Below the pieces are notes generated by a model. That model did not search any database. It was not told where the DNA came from and was given only the letters and a program-made list of their open reading frames with translations. A DNA stretch of 64,000 nucleotides from Utricularia gibba (lineage: Eukaryota > Plantae > Magnoliophyta): positions 1,674,001 to 1,738,000 of the forward strand of contig NEEC01000011.1 of assembly GCA_002189035.1 (NCBI GenBank), read 5' to 3'. Shown here in pieces: positions 1 through 11,007 of the stretch (its first letter is position 1; every line of letters begins with the position of its first letter). Both the position numbers and the translations under genes were made by a program.

Positions 1-1190
1 GCCATACCATCCCGAGAGTAAGAGATACTATAGCTTGTTTTCTCTTTGATAACTTGTTGAACAATGGTAACTTTCATACCGAAGTCTACTTCAAGAAAAG
101 GTCTTGCACATTCTGCTATATACGTCAGTGTGATATTTCGATGAGATAGTGACTTTGAACCCAGACGTTTACATGTGTGCAGCTCCTCTAGTGCAGCTAT
201 CTTCCAAACAACATCACGAATGAAGTATGCACAACGAATCCGTCATTTGCATCTTTGCTCTTTCATCTTGTAACAACGATATTCGACATGCATCCCATCT
301 TGCACTTTGTATGTCCTAAATTCACATCCAATTTTGATTGTGTACATCACCACTTCATTATGAAAGGTGTCCTTTGATGCAAATCTCTGATGTTTAGAGA
401 AGGGAGAGCTTATCAAATGAAGAGGGTTTGTGACGTCCATGGAGTATTCATCTTCGTCTTCCAAGTTATTGATAATAAAAGATGGAGGTATCCATCATCC
501 ATCTCCAACATTAGCTCGCCTATTTGATGATTCAAACATGATCATCTCGTCCTCTTCTTGTGTTTCCTCAGTTGCATGTTCATCTTCGTCAAGTGGCTCA
601 TTGCCCTGAATATCAAAGTCGACATCGCAGTGTTGCATATAATCCACTAGAATGTCATTGCAACCTACAGGATCATCTATACATCGTACTCATGTGTTTC
701 CTCACCTCCGCACATATAGATTATACAATAGTCAAGCTAAATTTCAGGAACAACACATTAAAAAAATTCTTTCGCTTTCTATGTCACCATACCTTCAATC
801 ATTTCTTCTTCAGCACAGCAAATATTTAAATCAACGTTAAAGACATCTTCTGGGACTTGCTTTAACATGTGTTCCACGAAAAAGCCGAAACCATTTGTGC
901 ATGGCTTGGATTGAAAGCATACAAAAAAATACAATCTACTGTAACTGGAAAACTCGAGTACAGTTAGAAGAAGAATAAAAAAACTGAATTATTATTCGGA
1001 TTTCGTTTTGTGCTGGGTCTATGCCTCAAACCGAATACAATTCTTCATGAAGAGAATTTAGTGAAATACAACTCTCAAATCTTCAGATGGATATTGGTGG
1101 TAGATCATAGGCTCTATAATTGTTCGAGTATTCAATTGCGTTACCTCCATAAAAGATCTTGGCGATGATGCTGCCGGTATTCATCTCCTT
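1..1190 (-). mobile_element. Degenerate Mutator/MuDR transposase relic, running off the left edge
   Basis: ORF 243-464 reads FASKDTFHNEVVMYTIKIGCEFRTYK..VEYRC, resembling the MuDR N-terminal domain. Flanking minus-strand frames give interrupted MuDR-like text (IIAKIFYGG near 1180; VIKEKTSYSISYSR near 20-70) with stops and frameshifts. Confidence 0.65.
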
Positions 1191-1439
1191 GTTTGCAAAG
1201 ATTGCAGCACTCACGTACTAACTTATAAATGAGAGGCTAGTATTGAGTGAAAGATGAAGAAGTATGAGAATACACTGTTGCGTGTCGTTTCCTTAACAAA
1301 TCTTAAATATAGATAAAACGTAAAAAAAAAGAAGCATAGTACGAATATTAATCTCAGGGAGTTGTTTTTCATGAAAACTGTTTTGTAAAAAAACTTCTAC
1401 AAAATGTCACGGTTTTGTAAAAGGGGGTTTTTGAAATGC

Positions 1440-2100
1440 AGAAATGAAAGATACAACCTTAGTGATGAACCTTGAGTACGGGATGTAGTTCCTAGGAAAG
1501 AGATTACATATCCTTCCTTTGTTCATCCTTGCCTCGGTTTTCATTGATTTCTTCCGAATAGTCTACTCTCCCTTACACTTTGATTGACAAAAAGGCACGG
1601 GAATAGTCTCATGTGATTCTCCCTTGGACGATTAAGAAGACAAGAAGATTGCCTTCGATTGCCTTCAAAACCGAATTGCACGCATGTGCCCAATTGTTGC
1701 CAATGGCCAGTGGTAGGCTCGAGGTCACAACCTGTCCACTGTCGTGATACTTAGGCCATAAACAATCTGCTACTTCCCTCGAACCGGCAGGGTTGGAATT
1801 GGTGCTCTTCACCTTGATCTTCAACAAAATCCGCGAGGAGTGGCCTGCTACTTATGGACCTTCACTATGAATCGTTACAGAAAGACTACAACAAAATACG
1901 TGGAAGTATGCGAAATCCGAAATGAATTTAGTGAAAAAACGAGTATATTGCTTAGGATTTGGAAGGAAACTCCATCTTCTTCCAGAAACTAAAAGGTTTT
2001 AGTCACAAAAGGCCATGAAAACAGGAACGAAAATGGAAACGAAGTGTTCTTCCTCCTTGAGAGGAGGAAGAACTCAAAAGTTCTAAGTACAAGATAAGTG
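1440..2100 (-). mobile_element. Possible highly degraded Ty3/gypsy gag-like fragment
   Basis: Moderate-GC block with broken frames; weak resemblance of RRLTIRKKSMKTEARMNKGRIC to the gag zinc-knuckle lead-in. No intact domain. Confidence 0.25.
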
Positions 2101-3659
2101 CGAAAAGAGAAGTTCTAATAGATTGTTCCAATTTGCTTTTATATCACTTCCCACGCGCATTAACTCCTTCTGGTCCTCTTCCCATCATTCCTTCTATCTT
2201 GCGTGTACCACCAACTTTCCTTTGCGTACAAGTTAGCGCTCAATCATTGCTGCAGACTCTAACTTGTCATAAGTCAGGGGCCTTGACCAGTGTCAGTCTT
2301 CCCCCACAATTGTTCCAAGTCACGTACAAGACACGAAAAGTCAGAGTCTGACCTCCTGCAATACTCCTACAACATTCCACAACTGCCTCTTGATATATCT
2401 AGGTCAAAGTGCATGAAAAAGACAAGAAAAATATATACAAAATAGAAGAATAAGAATTTTCTAGGAAAATCAATTACTTTTCAATATAATTTCTAATTGA
2501 ATAACTTAATACATGATATATATATATATAATAATACCTAATAAATAACTAGAAAATGACACTTAACATACACTTTTTTAATAATAAGTTGAAAAGGTGA
2601 AGCAAGATAGTACTAGCAAATCATGGTTTGGATTAAATTGTACATTCTACATTAGATTTTACTTTAGCTTTATGTCATATCATGTTTTCAACTCAAATGA
2701 TAGGAGGCACTGCTTAGGATGATATTTGCCTGGATGCTACTTCTCATTACATGCAGCATCCCGAACATACTATATGACTCTTCTGGATTGTGTATAATCC
2801 ATGAGTTTTGCAGTGTCTAAAAAATAAAACAGATGGTTTCACAAATTACTCAACAGAGGCAAATTAGATTCAAATAAACCCATCAAAATTGGGGATTTCT
2901 TCTGCACGAGAACATACCACACAGTGCTGATACAATCTTGCTCGAATGCGAAGCTGCTGGGCAAATATAGGTGTTAGATAGACCTTCCCCATCAAGTAAC
3001 TCCAATGTCATTGATTTCTGGTGGTGCTTTTCGATTTTTCATATTACATTGCAATATCTCGCTTCTTTCACAATTGTCGTCCATGTGAATGTGTAATGGC
3101 TTATTCATTCGTAGTGATGATAGGATATGCACTTCTGTTGATACTATTGTGAGAAAAATGAAATATAAGTTGAGCTACATTCAACAAAATATATTGCTAT
3201 TCATGTGTATCTTGCTGATATGATGCATTTTCTGTTAAAATGGTGAACATATTTCGTGCTAAATATGGCATTCCACATGATTATACTCTTGTGATACCAA
3301 GTGGTCAATCTACTCCTGGTATGACACTTCCCATTAAGTATGAGACAGGGACAATAATCATAGTGAAGGCATTTGAAATTGGCATAAAATTCCCTCTAAA
3401 TCCATTTTTTATCAACTTACTCACTCACTTGAATCTTCCACTGGGTGCACTTACACCATCAACATTGCTTATGGTATTTACTTTCTTGTAATTTTGCATT
3501 GAAGAAGGAATCGAACCTACTATAATTCGTTTCCTTTGCATTGTACGGATGAAGTGAGAACCCCAAACTCTTGGATGGTATTTTTAGTCTTACAATCACC
3601 AACCTTTACTCTCTATGGCATCGAGAGCATTTGCCAATTGGTATAAGTATAACATTATT

Positions 3660-4813
3660 GAGTTGCGTTAGTAAAATATATATTTAATAAATGTGTATTG
3701 GTAAAATACATAAGTTAATACAATGGTTAGTAAAATACATATTTTGGGTGTGTGTCAGTGTTGCAGTGGAGAGATGGAGGGAGAGAGAGGATGAGGCGAG
3801 GGGTTATGTCAATATTGCAGTGAAGTGTTGGGGTGAAGAGATGGGGGGAGAGAGAGGAGGGAGTGATGGGTTAATGTAGAGTTGGGTATGTAAGTGGGTT
3901 ACATAACCCACGTCCATGTGTGATGCTGAGGACACACGGATGTGGGTTACATAACCCACGTCCGTATGTAATGTTGAGAACACGGACGTGGGTTTCATAA
4001 CCCACGCTCGTGTGAGTTGCCGATGGATGTGGGTAACACATGAAATTCTATTTACTTATAATTTTTATTTAAATCAATTAATATAATTTAAATAATTAAA
4101 ATATCAGTAATTCGTTTTTCTATATTTAATTCATAAGAATTTATAATTATAAATTTTATAAATGTTTTGTTTGTATATTAATGAATATCTTTGTAAAAAA
4201 ATACTAACATGTTGATACTATTATTCACTACTTTTATTAAAAATATTACTTTAAAATATATTTCAATTTGATCATTATGTCATTTGGTGTGGTTAAAAAA
4301 ATTATAATTTATTTAGGGTAATGATTTTCATACTATGTTTTACATATAAAAATTAATTGGAAAATTATTTTTATTGTGATTTTTGATTAAATAGATAAAA
4401 TATTTCTTATATTAATGAAATTACATATGACATTTTTTATTTAAAATTAATATATTTATTATATTATTAATATTTAATATTGATAATTGATATATTAATA
4501 ACATTTAATATACTTTTTAAAATTATAATATTATGTATTAATTCGGATGTGACAGGTCAACACTGGATTTGACCGGTCAAATATGGGTTTTGAACCAAAC
4601 CAGCTCCATTACGGTCTGGTTTGAAATACCTCATGTGACATGTAAGAATGCAATAATTACAACCTGTAATTTTGTTGGATAGTACAAATTGAACTTCAAG
4701 ATTCACTGAGAATAATGTAAAAAAAATGAAAAACATGTATTTTACAAAGCATTTCTCAATGCTGTGTATTTTTCCAATCATTTTTTTAAATGGTGTATTT
4801 TGCTAATTTTCTC
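3660..4813. mobile_element. Non-autonomous Mutator-like element (MULE), ~1.15 kb
   Basis: Imperfect ~80-bp TIRs: left tagtaaaata..attggtaaaataca..gtaaaatacatatttt (3669-3745) versus the reverse complement of 4729-4805. Both ends start GAG. Flanking near-duplication acattatt (3652-3659) / gcattatt (4814-4821). Confidence 0.7.
3894..4040. repeat. Tandem array of an 18-bp palindrome (gtgggtt-acat-aacccac), period ~41-48 bp
   Basis: Copies at 3894-3911, 3942-3959 and 3988-4005, plus a partial copy at 4029; the spacers are related to each other. Confidence 0.9.
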
Positions 4814-5754
4814 GCATTATTGTTATGCCACCATCATATGCCAATTAGACATTTCTCTTGTTGTATTCAAATAGCAGGGACATTAACATAGCTTGTGTGT
4901 TTAACAAACTGCCTAAAGAGGACTATGATGATATGATGTAATGTCTTCAGGGGAAAAAACTATCAATAGAAACAAATACTACTCATGTGCTTAGGAACGT
5001 TCGAGGTAAATTTTGTTTTATCATTCATGCTTCTTTTCTATTTTTTACAAATATATCTGATGCAGGTTTATGGCATATTCATGGAGTTCCAGAGTAGAGT
5101 CGTGCAGAGGAGGAAGCAAGATGGGGACATCGAAGGAAAAGAGCACAACAAAGACAAATAGATGAAGAAAGTGAAAATGAGGAGATGGAGAAAGACATGA
5201 TGGCTTCTAAGCAACAAGAGATAGAACTACAAAAATTGGTGAAGGAAAATGAAGTTGTTGTTGAGGACCTCAAGAATGCTAGACTCGAGATTGCTACTCT
5301 TAAGAATGAAGTGGAAGAAATGAGAAAACAAGCGCAACAACTGAATGTGGAGCTCACGGTTCAAAGGTCACAAGAGCTAGTAATATAACAAATAAAAGAT
5401 TGGAAAAACAACTAGATAATGTCAACCACTTCTGAAATAAAAGGAAGGACAAATCTTCACTTACAAGACTACACTTCAAAGCTTGAATGTGCCTCTTGAA
5501 GATATTCCGATCACAATCCATGTAATTTATCCCGAGGAAGAGCCATGTAGAAATCAAGGAAGAAGGAAGGGAAAGGAGAAGAAACGGTAGGAGATGGCCA
5601 TGATCTTTATTTTGAATGTTTTTTATGAATATTTCGTAGTAGTGACAGACTTTTGTTTTTTTAGTTGGTTATTTACAATGTTTTGCATAAGACTACATTT
5701 TTGGTTTAGGGAGAAATTTTGAGTTGATCTCATATGTATAAATTCAAATTTGTG

Positions 5755-6185
5755 TCACTCTATTGGAATGCTAATGTTCCAAAAGAGTTATGCCGTATGT
5801 ATCACTTATGAGACCTTTTCTGGACGTTGCTTGTAATTGAAAGTAACACCCAAAATATGTTAGGCGCTACTTATTATTCTAAGCGGCGTCCAATACATCT
5901 TGGGCATTGCTTGTTATTCAAAGCAACGTCCACAATATATACATTAGTTTCTTTAAAATAATCGAAAATTTTGTCATGCATACAAAGATTTAATTGTTTT
6001 AATGGATGAAAATATTTTGAGGACAACCCTCAAGTTGTTGATCGAAACTATATCACTTTATTGGAATACTCATGTTTCAAAAGAGTGATGTAGTATGTGT
6101 TCACTTATGAGACCTTTGTTGGGCGTGGTTTCCTATCCAAAGCCACGCCTAAAAAAGGTTGGACGCTACTTATAATTCTAAAAAT
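5755..6185. repeat. ~300-bp-period duplication containing several ~33-bp imperfect palindromes (TE subterminal-type)
   Basis: 5755-5880 resembles 6053-6180. Hairpins ttgggcattgctt..aagcaacgtcca (5900-5932) and ttgggcgtggttt..aaagccacgcctaa (6119-6152). Confidence 0.7.
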
Positions 6186-6500
6186 CATTCGAAAAATATT
6201 TATATTTAGTTATTTTATAAAAAATATATATTTCAAATAAATTGTTATATATATCAATTATATGATTAATAGAGACATGATAAAATATTTTAGGATTAAA
6301 CATAATATGGTGAAATCATTTAATATAATAATTAAAAATAATATTTACATATTTTTTACGTAATGATTCAATATTACAACATATGGAATTATTATCTAAT
6401 ATTTATATTACTATTTATTTTATATCTTTTAGATTGAATAATATTATATATCATATTTTATTACAATGTTTTTCAATAATATACAATTTAAATTATATAA

Positions 6501-6733
6501 TATATTATTGATTATTGTTTCTTACAAGTTTAATAAAATAATGAATATACATATATATAATCTCATACATAAAAAAAAACAAAATCAGGAAATACATTAA
6601 CATATCATTGTATTATATTATTGATTATTGTTTCTTACAATTTTAATAAAATAATGAATATACATATAGTTTTATATATATATATAATCTCATATATAAA
6701 AAAAAACAAAATCAAAAAATATATTGACATATC
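6501..6733. repeat. AT-rich tandem duplication, ~113-bp unit, 2 copies
   Basis: tatattattgattattgtttcttacaa..taataaaataatgaatatacatat starts at both 6501 and 6614. Confidence 0.85.
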
Positions 6734-6887
6734 AGTGTTTTTTTTTTTTAACATTCATTAATAAAAATAATACTAAAAATGAATATTTTGCAAAAAAATT
6801 TGAAAGAATAAGTATTTTTCAAATTAGGTAGAAGAGATATGAGTATTTTTCAAATGAACCCCACTACGCACCCTTAAAATTCATTCA

Positions 6888-7589
6888 TCATATTGGACTG
6901 AATTCATGGATTGAATCGGAGGAAACCACAACACGAGTGTAACCAAAATTTCTGACAAAACAAGCCAGGAGCCTGTCCTCGATTACTTGCTCGCAAGGAA
7001 GAGCTTCTTCAGCTTCTTTTTCCAACGAAGTTACCTCCTTATCTGCGATCCCACAAGGCACAATATGCTGGAAATAACTCAAATCAGTACTGATGTTGAA
7101 CGCCAGACCGTGAGAAGTAATCCCAGAAGAAATACGAACCCCGATCGCACCTATCTTCCTCTCCCCAACCCAAACACCCCATTCACCACCTGCACCTCCT
7201 GCTCGGCAACCTACCCCATACAATGAGGCGAGTTCGATCATAGTCGATTCCAGCTTCTCCACGTACTTTCTGGCTTTCAAACCAAGCTCTTTCAGAGAAA
7301 CAATGGGATACAGAACTGCCTGGTGAGGACCATGAAAAGTGACGTCTCCCCCCCTCTGTGTGTAGTGAACTTCAGCACCCATGGCTTTTAGCTCCATTTC
7401 AGATTTGAGAAGATTGTGATCAGTACGCCGTTTCCCCAATGTGTAAGTTGGTGGATGTTGTAAGCAGAGAAGAGTGTCTGGGATCCTGTGCAGCTTCCGC
7501 TCTAAGACCAACTTCTCTTGGAGGTTCAATGCCTCTGCATAGTTGACGACACCCATCTTCCGTACGACCAGGGTTCGAATTGCTGCCAT
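6888..7589 (-). CDS. LIP2: Octanoyltransferase / lipoate-protein ligase B (mitochondrial type), 233 aa, single coding exon
   Basis: LQHPPTYTLGKR, RGGDVTFHGP, RKIGAIG, HGLAFN and IVPCG motifs. ATG at 7589 lies just after an intron acceptor (tttttcag, AG at 7594-7595). Confidence 0.95.
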   Translation of the reverse strand: MAAIRTLVVRKMGVVNYAEALNLQEKLVLERKLHRIPDTLLCLQHPPTYTLGKRRTDHNLLKSEMELKAMGAEVHYTQRGGDVTFHGPHQAVLYPIVSLKELGLKARKYVEKLESTMIELASLYGVGCRAGGAGGEWGVWVGERKIGAIGVRISSGITSHGLAFNISTDLSYFQHIVPCGIADKEVTSLEKEAEEALPCEQVIEDRLLACFVRNFGYTRVVVSSDSIHEFSPI

Positions 7590-8067
7590 GCCCTGAAAAA
7601 TGAAAAAAAAATCATGTAGATTGTAGACACTCCATATCAGAAAATCGAAAATGTTTAAAAGAAAGAACACAATTATATTGTTAATGAATTTCAAGGTAAG
7701 TAGCCTAAGAACTCGCGGCAATCCTTTTAGAATATGTACATCTTCTGTGCCATCACAAAACAGGAAGGGGGTCAATTCCACAAACTTCAAGTCACATGAA
7801 ATTATCGAACCCAAAGGGCCTAATTTAATAGGGAATTCCCAGATTCTAATCTGATTCAAGAGTTCCTTCAAGTCAACTCATTCCCGAAGCAAGTCAAGAT
7901 TGACCATTTAGGAACAAATGAGAAGAAGAGCACTGGCGATAAAGAAAATGTACACCCCAATCAAAACCATATGCATAATCATATTCGTTATCTGTGCCAC
8001 AATGGTTGTCCTAAATCATGGTTGTCAGGTGTATTGCTGAGATAACCTGCATTGTGGCACAGATGGA

Positions 8068-8123
8068 CTCCCCAAACAGCTGCATCTGCCTCCATTACTC
8101 TCAATGAGATCCACAGCCTCCTT
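8068..8123 (-). pseudogene. PLS-class PPR gene fragment (E-domain entry motif)
   Basis: KEAVDLIES in one frame followed by MEADAAVWG in the next frame gives the typical EAVDLIES-MP-MEADAAVWG(ALL) motif with a small deletion. Confidence 0.65.
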
Positions 8124-9062
8124 TGTGTTAAGGATTCTAATATCCAAAATTCCAATTCGATGAACAGCAGCAACAGGGAAACTTGATGTTCCATGATCAC
8201 TGGCATCAAAGTCATGGGGAATGAACTGCTGCAAGGTTGCAATCTTGCTACACAAATTTTTATCCTGAGTCATGATTCCAGTCATGCCACCATTCACATT
8301 GAAGATCGAGTAATCTTCACAAGCGCAGTAGGTGGAACATTAGCAAAATAATCGTAGTCAAGCAGATAAGCAGCCACCTCTCTGTAACCTGTTTCCCCAA
8401 CTCTCACAGATCGTTTTAAGCCAGGCTGCCCGAGAGCTTTACCGACAAAGCCCTTTGGATTGTTAGGCGCAAAAGGCTCTTCATCTGTGGGCTTCACGAT
8501 TGCTCCACGTTCCCCTCTGATGTTTCGGAAATAGTATGCACCCCCAAGCCCACTATGAACTCGAATAGGAGCAATTCCATTCTTCACTGCCTTGACAATT
8601 TCCTTGACTATCTTTCTTGTCTTGGCAATGTGTTTTGAATTCCCTATTATCTCAATCGGACCACTCTCATCTCTTTTCTGAACGTCCCGACCTGTGGGGG
8701 AGAGACAGGGAGTTGAGGAGCTCCGATGGATCAAATTCCTAGTCAACAAGAGAGGGGAATCATTCCGAATGGCAACTTAGATCATTTTTCAGAACCATAT
8801 CACCAAACGTCAGCGAACTCTCCTCAATTGGGAAATTCAGAGCAACCTGCAACCTCCTCTTTACCATATGAGCATTGTCATTTCTGTCCGATTCCAGACC
8901 CAAAACACAACCAGTCTCAGTTTGTACAAAAACCCTTCTTCTGCCAGTAGGTTTGCTTTCGAACATGTTGGATCCAGGGAAATCCACAGTACTAGGTGGA
9001 TTCTTTAAAATAGCCACAGCCATCTCAGTCTGTACAGGGCTATCGAACTTATTAGACATCAA
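8124..9062 (-). pseudogene. PI4KG: Type II PI4-kinase gamma (PI4Kg5/6/7 clade, ubiquitin-like domain kinase), frameshifted and truncated
   Basis: DSPVQTEMAVA, RRVFVQTETGCVLG, HRSSSTPCLSP, GLGGAYYF, KPTDEEPFAPNNPKG, REVAAYLLD and HRIGILDIRILNT. +1 shift near 8775, -1/-4 shift near 8308, and the sequence stops just before the catalytic DRH. Confidence 0.88.
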
Positions 9063-11007
9063 ATGATGAACAGGAAACCAGAACTAGTTATCAGCTTGCA
9101 CAGCTGGCAACTAAGACGGCAAAAGTGGAGAGCTTGTTCTAACTCTCTGAAACCAAATTCCTAGCTCAGATGCTAACTGTGTTCTATCCACAGTAACATG
9201 AATAACCGATAAAAACGAACACCTAATCTACCACCCTCTGAAAAGGAAAAATGACTAACACTCCAGAAAATTTCGGCAGCTCAGAGAGAGATAGAGAGGA
9301 ACTAGGACACAACTACATGGAGAACGTCATGAATGATTTCTTGACACGCGTCCAATCACAATCTGCAATCCGAAAAAATCCAGATAGTCAGAAAACAATT
9401 CTATAAACGAAGCAAAAAAGGAAAATTTAATGAAGCTTTCAGAAGGAAACACCCAAAAAAAAGCCTGTATTACTCAAATACCACGTTTGCTATACAGATT
9501 AGCATCCTATTACTATCCACCCAAAATATTTTACTCGTTAACTATGAAAGGCATCATGTGACAATGAAATAATTGGAAATTTTATCAACCATCAAAGTTG
9601 AAAAAGACTCTTGTAGTAAAATATGCTTGAAGCACAGAAGTTTCAGCCCAGCTCTTTCTGAATTTCAAGTTCACGCTCACCCAAAAGTGAAGAAACCGAA
9701 CAATTCAAAAGTCACACCACTCAAACACGCAGTACACCGCAAATCTTCAGATCCGACCAGGGATAAAAGAATTACAAGAGTTTACTACCTTTCCAACCGC
9801 TCATTGCAGCAACTTGAGCCTATACTACCCGAAACACGTTAATCAACGCACCCGCATGCAAAATCAGAATTAGAGAACTCCAGTCAATTAGAAAAAACGC
9901 AGAAGGTACATGAATCAAAAGAATCAAGCAACATCCTGAAAATCTAACTCAAGGATTAGCCAGATCTGAAGAAACCACGCTTCTACTCGTCTTTCCGTAC
10001 CAATTCTACGACAAGGACCACCAGTTCCCCAGCGCGAATCAAGCAAACAGAACCAACGGCTAGGATCCGATTCCGGCAATCTACTCGCTGTGCATCACCA
10101 CCGAAACCCTCTCCGCCACTCTCCGGCTCACGCTCGACTGCTCCCTTGTCCCAGAGCAATAGATACCGAATGACATTTATCCACACGCGCGCGATCTATT
10201 TGCATTATATTTTAAAGTGATTGTTTTTAATTTTAAATCTTATAATCTTTATATTAATAAATTATGAATATATATGAATCTTTATTTTGGTTATTAAATA
10301 AGAGATTAATTAGAAATATTATTTTACTCAATTTTTATCGTTTTTAAAAACACATTTACATCATGAAATTAAATTATATAATAATTTAATATATTAAACT
10401 TTACAATATATATTTTATTTTGTTCCATTTTATAATATAATTTCATTCTATCAATCAAATAATTTTATAATCAAAAAATTAATTATGTTCACATAATTTC
10501 AAAATTGATTCTATTATATATAATATGAAGCATAGAACAGACTCATATAATTCATGTTTGAAAAACAGAATGAATCCATTTTATGGTTTAATCATGTATT
10601 TAGTTTAAAATTATTTATAATGTATTATATTAATTAAAATTTAAGTATATTTTAAAATATATTTTTTAAAAAACTATTACCTAAACAGATTGAACATATT
10701 CTCCAGTTTAGTTATGAGTTTTAGATAATTTTAAATTGATCCATAGTTTTAAAATATCTCAAAATCGCCTTCGGATTTGCTTGGTTTCTGTGTGCTTGCT
10801 GGGCCCAAACCTCCATATTTTGGGCCCATGGGGTACATGGGGCTCCATTTCCATTTATTAATAATAGAAGGCCCATTTTATTTTGAAAAGTGATGCTTAT
10901 ATAAAATAATTTTAAAAAAGTAATAATAAATCTCAAATCACACACTCAGTGTGTAACTACGTATATCAACTCAGGGTTGTATCTACACAACAAGACTAGA
11001 GAAGAGA

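Larger units (their letters stand above)
3240..5560 (+). mobile_element. Relic of a Tat/Retand-type gypsy extra ORF (Transposase_28-like domain plus coiled coil), split by a MULE insertion
   Basis: FRAKYGIP..AFEIGIKFPLNPFFINLL..LGALTP..CIEEGIEP..GWYF matches the recalled PF04195 pattern. A downstream E/K-rich coiled-coil ORF lies at 5185-5388. Multiple stops. Confidence 0.55.

Noticed and set aside
3894-4040. CRISPR array
   Set aside because: Plant nuclear context, only 3-4 repeats of 18 bp, spacers homologous to each other, no cas genes, located inside a MULE.
7590-7871. 94-codon N-terminal extension of LIP2 in the ORF track
   Set aside because: Starts at TTG, contains no ATG, crosses a clear splice acceptor and has intron-like composition; the homologous protein starts at 7589.
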